Source of the DNA: Thermoproteus sp.
GTDB lineage: Archaea; Thermoproteota; Thermoprotei; Thermoproteales; Thermoproteaceae
Assembly (NCBI GenBank): GCA_049976425.1
Contig: JBMFIG010000035.1
Span: forward strand, 1 to 12,185
DNA: 12,185 bases
Reading direction: 5' to 3'
A program made the translations under genes and the position numbers. Under the pieces are notes generated by a model. That model was not told the origin of the DNA, searched no databases, and saw only the letters and a list, made by a program, of their open reading frames with translations. This document shows, one piece after another, positions 1-6,407 of the stretch (position 1 is the stretch's first letter; the number at the start of each line of letters is the position of its first letter).

Positions 1-472
1 TTATCTGGCTGTTGGTCCCCACGTCGGGCGCCGGTATGTCCAGCTCCTCTCCTATAAGCGGCGCTATAGCCCTAACGTAGCCTCTCGAGAGCTCCTCCAA
101 CTCCCGAGGCGAAAGCCTCTTGGGATCCACCCTAACAGCCCCCTTAGCCCCTCCATAGGGTAACCCGGCCAAGCTGTTCTTCAAAGTCATGATAGTCGCC
201 AAAGCCATATCGTCGGCCAGAGACACCTCGGGGTGGAAACGGATACCTCCCTTGTAAGGCCCAAGCGCGTCGTTATGCTGAACTCTATACCCCTCGAAAA
301 ACACAACACCGCCCCCATCAACCCTAACCGGAATAGAAACCACCAGAACCCTCTTAGGCCTAGAAAGAAACTCGTAAAGCTCGATAGGGAAACCGCCGAG
401 CTCTATACTCCTTCGGAGGAGCTGGAGGGTATTGCCCAGGAAGGCGTTCATTTGAGTGACCGACAGCATCAT
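1..472 (-). CDS. gdhA: Glutamate dehydrogenase (Glu/Leu/Phe/Val dehydrogenase family), N-terminal 157 codons; runs off the window's left edge
   Basis: Manual translation of the - strand from ATG 472 (alternative ATG 469): [157 protein letters not shown]. Contains the GDH motifs [23 protein letters not shown] (catalytic Lys) and DIPAPDVGT. Absent from the ORF track because there is no stop in the window. Confidence 0.96.
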   Translation of the reverse strand, partial: MMLSVTQMNAFLGNTLQLLRRSIELGGFPIELYEFLSRPKRVLVVSIPVRVDGGGVVFFEGYRVQHNDALGPYKGGIRFHPEVSLADDMALATIMTLKNSLAGLPYGGAKGAVRVDPKRLSPRELEELSRGYVRAIAPLIGEELDIPAPDVGTNSQI

Positions 473-489
473 GAGATCGATAGAGGATA

Positions 490-502
490 CTTATAAGCTT
501 TT
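490..502 (-). promoter_or_regulatory. Putative BRE/TATA promoter of gdhA (leaderless or near-leaderless)
   Basis: The - strand reads AAAAGCTTATAAG; TTATAA (496-491) lies 19-27 nt upstream of the ATGs at 472/469. Confidence 0.65.
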
Positions 503-508
503 ATTTAC

Positions 509-545
509 ATATATTCTATTTATCTCAATATAGAATATATTGAGA
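509..545. repeat. Two overlapping perfect inverted repeats upstream of the gdhA promoter (possible operator)
   Basis: ATATATTCTAT (509-519) / ATAGAATATAT (530-540), 11-bp arms; TCTCAATATA (523-532) / TATATTGAGA (536-545), 10-bp arms with a 3-nt spacer. Confidence 0.6.
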
Positions 546-691
546 GAAAACTGCCGCAATCTTTTCGGGAAGGTCGTCGTAACCGAATAACATGCATAAA
601 AGTATATATCATGAACCACCCTAGGCTCTGAATGTTTTAAATTTAACTGAGTTTTATTAATTAAAAACAACTTAAAAATAATTATAAATTT

Positions 692-1906
692 TTATTCTAT
701 TTTAATTGTTTTTGTTTCTTTGCCGAATAGATAGATAGATACGCCGGCCGTCAGCCAGGCCGCGGCGTAGGCCGCTAGTGCGGTAGAGAAGGTGAGGTAT
801 GTGGGCAGTAAAGGCCCTATTATCATGCCGACGCGCGCCATGGATCCGCTACTGCCCATGCCCGTGGCGCGGAGATCGGACGGGAACGACTCGGGCGTGT
901 AGGCGTATATGAGGCCCCAGGCGCCGAGGTTGAAGAAGTTCAGGGCGATGCCGGAGGCCAGTAGCCAACCGACGTTCGGCGCGGCGGCAAACGCGATGGC
1001 CGAGGCGGCGGATCCCAGGAAGAAGAGGAGCAGACTGGGCCTTCTGCCGATCCTCTCTATGAGGTACGCCGCTGTGAAGTAGCCGGGCAGTTGAGCCAGC
1101 GACATGATCAACGAGTACTCGAACGTGGCGACCAAGCCGAGGCCTCTCTTGGCTATCATGGTGGGGAGCCAGAGAAAGGCGCCGTAGTAGCCGAAGGCTA
1201 GAAGGAGCCAGGCCGCCCACAGCAACAACGTCTGCGATCTGTAGCCGGTCAAGAGCTCCCTCGCCGAGTGCCTCTCGACGCGGTCGAGCGTGACGCCGTA
1301 GGTCTGGGCTATGGCGTAGGCCCTCTGCGGATCTCTGAGGTACAGCCACAGCGGGGATTCGGGGACAGCCGATCTGAGGACCAAGACGTAGAGCGCGGTC
1401 AAGGAGAGGAGGGCCAGCGGTATCCTCCAGCCGAGGCGCGGGAAGGCGAAGTATGCGACGGCGGCCGCCAGAATTGAGCCGAGGGACCAGAAGCTCTCCA
1501 GCAAGACCACGTTCCTTCCTCTATACCTAGTCGGCGAGAGCTCGGACATCAACGAGGCGGCCACGGGGAGCTCTCCGCCGAGCCCAAGGCCCGTGAAGAA
1601 GCGTAGCAACGCCAGATCCGACGCCGATCCGGCCAACGCCGTCAGGCCGGTCCCCGCGCCGTAGATGGCCAACGTCGTCATGAAGACGGGCTTTCTGCCC
1701 CAGACGTCGGCCAGCCTCCCGAAGAGGAGCGCGCCGAGCAACATGCCCACGTTGTTCGCCAATATGACGAGGCCGGCCTCGCCTTTGCCGAGCCCCAGCT
1801 CGCCGGCCGCGGCGACTAGGATATAGGAGAGCAGTAGGACGTCCATGGCGTCGAACATCCAGCCTATGCCGGCCGAGGCCAACAACCTGACGCCCTTCCA
1901 GTCCAT
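692..1906 (-). CDS. MFS transporter, NiaP/YceI-like (niacin or aromatic-acid type), 404 aa
   Basis: Likely true start is ATG 1906 (MDWKGVRLLASAGIGWMFDAMDV). Motifs GWxFDAMD, GRLADVWGRK (motif A), RFFTGLGLGGE, PESP, IERIGRR, YTPESFP and ETK; about 12 hydrophobic segments. The ORF-track extension to 2269 is mostly intergenic or antisense sequence. Confidence 0.9.
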   Translation of the reverse strand: MDWKGVRLLASAGIGWMFDAMDVLLLSYILVAAAGELGLGKGEAGLVILANNVGMLLGALLFGRLADVWGRKPVFMTTLAIYGAGTGLTALAGSASDLALLRFFTGLGLGGELPVAASLMSELSPTRYRGRNVVLLESFWSLGSILAAAVAYFAFPRLGWRIPLALLSLTALYVLVLRSAVPESPLWLYLRDPQRAYAIAQTYGVTLDRVERHSARELLTGYRSQTLLLWAAWLLLAFGYYGAFLWLPTMIAKRGLGLVATFEYSLIMSLAQLPGYFTAAYLIERIGRRPSLLLFFLGSAASAIAFAAAPNVGWLLASGIALNFFNLGAWGLIYAYTPESFPSDLRATGMGSSGSMARVGMIIGPLLPTYLTFSTALAAYAAAWLTAGVSIYLFGKETKTIKIE

Positions 1907-2039
1907 ATACGGCGTTGTGCATGCCGGTAGTACATAGTTGTGTGCAACATTTACGCGGGGAGTGCCGTAGGCCGCCGCCGAGCGCCTCGACGCCGCGCAT
2001 GGGATACATATATTTTCAGCTGGGCGGCGCCTATATAGC

Positions 2040-2046
2040 TTAAATA
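2040..2046 (+). promoter_or_regulatory. Putative TATA box of the MHS-family transporter
   Basis: TTAAATA lies 26-20 nt upstream of ATG 2066. Confidence 0.55.
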
Positions 2047-2065
2047 TGGCCTGCTTCTCAACGTT

Positions 2066-3330
2066 ATGTCGCTCAGATTCGTGGTGGCCGCATCGACCGT
2101 AGGCACGTTGATAGAGTGGTACGACTTCTTCGCCTACGCTTCCCTCTCCCCCATCATCGCCTCCCTCTTCTTCCCCAAGGGGAACCCCGCCGCCGCGATT
2201 ATAGGAACCTGGCTCATCTTCGCGACGGGCTTTGTGGTGAGGCCTATCGGCGCCCTCGTGTTCGGCCACCTGGGCGATAGGATAGGCCGCAAGTCGACGT
2301 TCCTCGCTACGTTGATTCTAATGGGCCTATCGACTACCGGCATAGGCCTATTGCCCACATACGCGCAAGCCGGCCTCGCCGCGACGGCCCTCCTGGCGGC
2401 TCTCAGGATGGTCCAAGGAATAGCGCTCGGCGGAGAGTACGGCGGCGCGGTGACCTACGCGCTCGAGTACGCGCCCAGAGGCAGAAGGGCGTTCTACGTC
2501 GGCTTCATCTCGGCGACCCCCCGCTTGGGCTCGGCCTCTCGTCCCTAACTATAGTCCTATCCTCAATGCTCCTCACGGCTCAAGAGTTCGCCGCATGGGG
2601 CTGGAGAGTTCCCTTCCTACTGGCGCTGACGGTGTTGGGCGCCTATCTGCGCCTCAAACTCGCCGAGACTCCGCTGTTCAAGGCGCTGAAGGAGAAAGGC
2701 GCTATGTCCAAGATACCGGTAGTCGAGGCGTTCGCCAAGTATTGGAAGTGGATACTTGTGGGCATCGCCGTAGCGGCGGGTCACGCCGTCCTCGCCTACA
2801 CCTCCACGGCCTACATATTCACGTTCCTGACCCAAGTGCCTAAGTGGACCTCCGTCGAGGCCAACGCCATAGTCGGCACAGCCGCCATCTTACAACTGCC
2901 CCTCTACATCTTCGCGGCGTGGCTCGGCGACAGGTTGGGCAGAAGGCTCATATACGTGATAGGGCTCGTCGTAGGCATAGCGACCTACTACCCCATATAC
3001 CTCTTCCTCTCGTCGTCGAAGAACTTCGCCGTTGCCATCCTGGCCGTCTTCGTGTTGATAGGGGCCACGGCCTTCACCTTCAGCATATTGGGCACGGCGT
3101 TAGCCGAGCTCTTCCCCACGAGGGTGAGGTACACCGGGATGTCCATAGCGTTCAATATTGGCATAGGCTTCTTCGGCGGCTTCACTCCGTCCATAGTAGG
3201 GGCCATAGGCCTAGCCCTACACAACCCTCTAGCGGGCGTCGTGCTGTACACCTACGTGGTGGCCGCCGTCGCGCTCGCCGTAGCCCTACTCGCCCTGCCG
3301 GAGACCAAGAACGTCGACGTATCGGTCTGA
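2066..3330 (+). pseudogene. MFS transporter of the MHS (metabolite:H+ symporter, ProP/ShiA-like) family, interrupted by a 1-nt frameshift (pseudogene or sequencing error)
   Basis: ORF 2066-2548 has GTLIEWYDF, RPIGALVFGHLGDRIGRK, GLLPTY and RMVQGIALGGEYGGA. ORF 2566-3330 has WGWRVPF, LAETP, GDRLGRR, LAELFPTRVRYTG and LPETK. Adding one C to the C6 run at 2517-2522 gives a continuous frame ...SATPPLGLGLSSLTIVLSSMLLT... and one ~420-aa protein. Confidence 0.85.
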
Positions 3331-3427
3331 CGGCGTCGCGCATCCTGCGTATGCGACCGCGTTTTCCAGCCAGCGCGGGCCCTAACGGCGCGTCTGGCCG
3401 GCCAACGGCATCCGCGCCTGATCTAGC

Positions 3428-3434
3428 TTATTAA
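3428..3434 (+). promoter_or_regulatory. Putative TATA box for the box C/D sRNA
   Basis: (C)TTATTAA lies 27-21 nt upstream of the C box at 3455. Confidence 0.6.
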
Positions 3435-3452
3435 CTGGCGACTTCTATTCAC

Positions 3453-3507
3453 TGGTGATGCGGTGTGCCGCCTCCGAGCGGTGAGGTAATTCCTGTCGGG
3501 GCTGATG
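3453..3507 (+). ncRNA. Candidate box C/D 2'-O-methylation guide sRNA
   Basis: C box GTGATGC (3455-3461), 12-nt guide GGTGTGCCGCCT, D' box CCGA (3474-3477), 3-nt linker, C' box GTGAGGT (3481-3487), 14-nt guide AATTCCTGTCGGGG, D box CTGA (3502-3505). About 51 nt, intergenic, with a TATA box at the expected distance. Exact ends are estimated. Confidence 0.75.
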
Positions 3508-3536
3508 CCTATTTATTGAGGATGCATGATACCTCC

Positions 3537-3737
3537 GTGAAGCGGCCGTTGAGGTTCTACGACATAGCGGCCGGGAAGACGTTCGTCGCGGACCAGTACG
3601 AGGTGGTGGAGATCAAGTCGTCCAGAGGCGCGGTCCGCCTCGCCGTGGCCAGATCGCCCTATACCGGAAACGAGTGCTACAGCTTCGCCCCGAAGAGGCC
3701 CGAGATAAGATCGGCCACGTTGAACGGCTACCTATAG
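3537..3737 (+). CDS. CC1-family (crenarchaeal chromatin protein 1-like) small nucleic-acid-binding protein, divergent, 66 aa
   Basis: VKRPLRFYDIAAGKTFVADQYEVVEIKSSRGAVRLAVARSPYTG matches the recalled CC1 pattern LKFYD-x7-DQYEV-x6-RG-x4-AVAKSPYTG. The GTG start at 3537 is supported by TATTTATT at 3510-3517; ATG 3522 is an alternative. The ORF-track start at 3465 overlaps the sRNA and is unlikely. Confidence 0.8.
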   Translation: MKRPLRFYDIAAGKTFVADQYEVVEIKSSRGAVRLAVARSPYTGNECYSFAPKRPEIRSATLNGYL

Positions 3738-4282
3738 CTGTAGATCTCCGACTCCTTGAACCAATAGGCTATCTCCCGCCTCGCCTCCTCGGGACTGTCG
3801 CTGGCGTGTACGAGGTTGCGGATAGACCGCCTCTCCCTATTGGCCAGGTCGGGGCTGTCCGTGGAGAAGTCGCCCCTGATAGTCCCCGGCTCGGCCTTGT
3901 AGGGCAGGGTATTGCCCACGAGCTTCCTCACCACGCTCACGGCGTGGTTCCCCTCAACTACCATGAGGAGGATAGGCGCCTCGGTCATGTAGTCCACCAG
4001 CCACCCCTTCACCATCTTGCCTATCTCCACGGGGTCGTCCGTGCCCAGCTCGGCCTTGGGGTCGATCCCCATCTCCCTATAGCTGTTGAGCGTCTTGTTC
4101 CCCACGTTTCTGAGCCAAGCCTCGTCGCTGGGGTAGAAACCCGCCATCTGCTCGCGGGAGGCCCACACCATCTTGGCGGCGACTATCCTAAGCCCCGCCC
4201 TCTCGAGGCGGGATATTATCTCCCCGATAAGCCCCCTCTTGACGGCGTCCGGCTTGATTATGACCAACGTCCTCTCGATCAT
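3728..4282 (-). CDS. ndk: Nucleoside diphosphate kinase (long archaeal form)
   Basis: ERTLVIIKPDAVKRGLIGEIISRLE, PGTIRGDF and RNLVHASDS (phosphorylated His); 184 aa. Confidence 0.97.
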   Translation of the reverse strand: MIERTLVIIKPDAVKRGLIGEIISRLERAGLRIVAAKMVWASREQMAGFYPSDEAWLRNVGNKTLNSYREMGIDPKAELGTDDPVEIGKMVKGWLVDYMTEAPILLMVVEGNHAVSVVRKLVGNTLPYKAEPGTIRGDFSTDSPDLANRERRSIRNLVHASDSPEEARREIAYWFKESEIYSYR

Positions 4283-4301
4283 GGCCGGAGGAAAACCGGC
4301 C

Positions 4302-4309
4302 TTTTTAAA
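4302..4309 (-). promoter_or_regulatory. Putative TATA box of ndk (leaderless)
   Basis: The - strand reads TTTAAAAA, 27-20 nt upstream of ATG 4282. Confidence 0.65.
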
Positions 4310-4403
4310 GGTCGGCCCTCTACTGCCCGGGCCGGACTTACCGGGGCCGGCTCAAGTAGCTCCTGCGCATCCAGCTCAACTACAGGTGAGGTGCGTGGAC
4401 GGC

Positions 4404-5273
4404 TTACAATATCTCTATCTCTTGGCCTTCTCTATATACGGCCTTGCGCTCGACGACGTAGGTAAACGCGCTGGCCGAGCCGGCGATGCCGCCGATAAGC
4501 CCGCCGAGGAGCCCCCACAAGGTGAGATCCACGCCCTTGGCGGCCGAGATCCCCATGCCTATTGCCGTGCCCAAAACGACGGAGCCCGTCAAGATCGTGA
4601 TTGCGGCTGCCAGCGACGCCGCTCTCCCCCTCCGAGATATGGGATACTCCATGTAGATCACGTCCCCCTCGGCGGCGTCGACCACCGCGTTATACTCCTT
4701 CCCTCTGTATATGTACTTCAGTTTCCAGAAGGGGTAATACACGATGCCCTCGAAGGCGGTCCTATCGGTTACCGAGATCTTGAAGGCCGAGGCGTAGCTC
4801 CTGGCCTCCTTCTCGTAAGGCTTTGAGGCGGCGGCCCAAGCCGTCTCGGGATCCAGCTGGGGCTGGTGGAATACGGCGGTTCTCTCCAACGACGGCTTGA
4901 AGGGGATCCTCCAACGGGCCGGGAATCTGTAGTCCCTCGGTACGTAGAACGGCGGCTTCTCCACCGCAAGCGCCGTCGCATATGTGGCCAGCTCCTTAAG
5001 AGGCTCGAAATAGACATAGTAGAGGTAGAGCGGGAGGAAGTGGAGCTCCGCGTCGGCCGGCGAGGCCGTGCCTAGATCCCGCGGCGAGGCCCAAGGGCGG
5101 AAACCGAAGACCCTGTTGAAAGCGGCGGTCTTGTCGAGGCGCGGCTCGAAGAAGTAGACGGACTCGAAGATCTTCCCCTCCCTTAAGACAGTGCCGCAGT
5201 AGGGGCAGACCAGATACTGCGCGCCCTCCGGCGCCTCGTACTCGGCCCCGCAGTAGGGACAACGGACCCTCAT
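4404..5273 (-). CDS. Zinc-ribbon domain membrane protein of unknown function (paralog B), 289 aa
   Basis: True start is ATG 5273 (MRVRCPYCGAEYEAPEGAQYLVCPYCG), overlapping the upstream stop as ATGA. Two CxxC motifs, LHFLPLY and IVYYPFW..Y.Y.GKEY...VDA..G motifs, and two C-terminal Gly-rich hydrophobic helices. Confidence 0.85.
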   Translation of the reverse strand: MRVRCPYCGAEYEAPEGAQYLVCPYCGTVLREGKIFESVYFFEPRLDKTAAFNRVFGFRPWASPRDLGTASPADAELHFLPLYLYYVYFEPLKELATYATALAVEKPPFYVPRDYRFPARWRIPFKPSLERTAVFHQPQLDPETAWAAASKPYEKEARSYASAFKISVTDRTAFEGIVYYPFWKLKYIYRGKEYNAVVDAAEGDVIYMEYPISRRGRAASLAAAITILTGSVVLGTAIGMGISAAKGVDLTLWGLLGGLIGGIAGSASAFTYVVERKAVYREGQEIEIL

Positions 5274-6262
5274 TTCTTGACCTTGAAGGACGCGACCACG
5301 TTCTTGCCGATAGCCGCCGATATCCCCGCGCCGAAGAACAGAAAGACCGCTCCGACCAACGGGTTCTGCGGAAGCGCGATCCCGCCTATGCCTGCCAAGA
5401 TGCCGCTGGCCAGGACAGAGCCTACTATGGAGCGGAGTCTGCTGGATACTGTGATGGGCTCGAGGGCCGCGAGGAGCTCGCCGTCCCAGCCGGCGAAGGC
5501 CATGTGGTATTGGGCCTCGTCGACAGTGTAGGGGACTAGCCAAGCCGGGAGGTACGTCAGAGGCGAGAGGTCGAACTCGCCGACTTGGTAGTCGACGGTC
5601 TTGTCGAGCACGGCGGTCCTCGCCGAGTGGAGCCGGAGAGCCTTCAAGGCCCTCTCGCCCGCGTCCTTATCAACTCTGGCGAGCAAGTCGTCCACGGCAT
5701 CCCGCATGGCTATGCCCCTTGCCCTATCTCTGCCGAACTCGGCCGCCAGAAATGCCTTGGAGGTCCTGTAGCCCAGCTCTATCTGGTCCAGCGGCTTGGT
5801 CTGCGGCTTGGTGGATAGGTAGTGCTGGGCCAGCTTCTCGGTAGCTATGCCGGCGACGGCCCTCCTAGCCAGCACGGGGATGGTCGTCGAGTAGTTGAGG
5901 GATCCCGCCACGTCGACCGTCCTGGTCACAGTGGTTTTGCCGGAGCTGTAGGTCACCCTAACCCGTGCCCTATAGCTTGCCGCCATCTCCACCGATGCGA
6001 AGTAGTAGGGCAGATAGTATAGGTCGGGGTCGCCGAAGGTCGCCGACTTCAGCTTGAGCTCCTTACGCGCCGCCGCCACGGCCCTCCTAGCTATCTCGTC
6101 GCTGTTCAGAGTAGGCACCGCCGATATGCCGCCGGTATCGACGCCGGAGACTACCAGGTTGGGCCTACCGCAGTACTGGCAGACGACCAGGACGGAATCC
6201 GGCGTGACGTCCAGCGGCGCGCCGCAGTAGGAGCACCTGAACTCCCTACCCCCCGACGACAT
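5270..6262 (-). CDS. Zinc-ribbon domain membrane protein of unknown function (paralog A), 330 aa
   Basis: N-terminal CSYCG-x13-CQYCG, LYYLPYY and LTYLPAW...Y......Y....AGWDG motifs, and two C-terminal Gly-rich hydrophobic helices. Confidence 0.85.
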   Translation of the reverse strand: MSSGGREFRCSYCGAPLDVTPDSVLVVCQYCGRPNLVVSGVDTGGISAVPTLNSDEIARRAVAAARKELKLKSATFGDPDLYYLPYYFASVEMAASYRARVRVTYSSGKTTVTRTVDVAGSLNYSTTIPVLARRAVAGIATEKLAQHYLSTKPQTKPLDQIELGYRTSKAFLAAEFGRDRARGIAMRDAVDDLLARVDKDAGERALKALRLHSARTAVLDKTVDYQVGEFDLSPLTYLPAWLVPYTVDEAQYHMAFAGWDGELLAALEPITVSSRLRSIVGSVLASGILAGIGGIALPQNPLVGAVFLFFGAGISAAIGKNVVASFKVKK

Positions 6263-6351
6263 GGCCGGACGAGGAGAAGAGCCCTAGCGAGGCGGTGCCG
6301 TAGGCTGACGCACGCATGCTCGCGGCATACATAGTATCTATAACATGGACG

Positions 6352-6359
6352 TTTAAATA
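6352..6359 (-). promoter_or_regulatory. Putative TATA box for the zinc-ribbon gene pair
   Basis: The - strand reads GAACTATTTAAAC; it predicts a start site near 6332, about 70 nt before ATG 6262. Confidence 0.5.
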
Positions 6360-6407
6360 GTTCGCCACCGCTGTAGCTCGTTTTAGATAAAGCTGTAGGT
6401 TTTCAAA

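Noticed and set aside
233-496. 87-aa + strand ORF
   Set aside because: Antisense shadow of the clear gdhA gene; no recognisable motif.
651-694. Short AT palindromes (TTAATTAA; TAAAAAT-N8-ATTTTTA)
   Set aside because: Expected by chance in a stretch of about 90% AT.
1907-2269. N-terminal extension of the 525-aa MFS ORF
   Set aside because: Spans the intergenic spacer and the antisense strand of the MHS gene; MFS similarity begins at Met 1906.
3335-3367. Imperfect hairpin followed by TTTT after the MHS gene
   Set aside because: Could be a terminator, but the stem is bulged and the T-tract short, so it is not supportable.
3465-3536. N-terminal extension of the 90-aa ORF
   Set aside because: Overlaps the C/D sRNA and a TATA-like box; CC1 similarity begins near 3537.
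3674-4826. Long + strand ORFs (263 and 217 aa)
   Set aside because: Antisense to ndk and the zinc-ribbon gene; typical stop-poor shadow frames in GC-rich DNA.
5274-5543. N-terminal extension of the 379-aa ORF
   Set aside because: Out-of-frame overlap with the upstream paralog; the ATGA junction at 5270-5273 defines the start.
1962-6305. 11-bp direct repeat GTGCCGTAGGC at 1962-1972 and 6295-6305, both intergenic
   Set aside because: Multiple 11-mer matches are expected by chance in 12 kb of GC-rich DNA, and distances to the start codons differ.
6268-6308. Possible second C/D sRNA on the + strand ending in CTGA
   Set aside because: No acceptable C or C' box, and the second guide would be too short.
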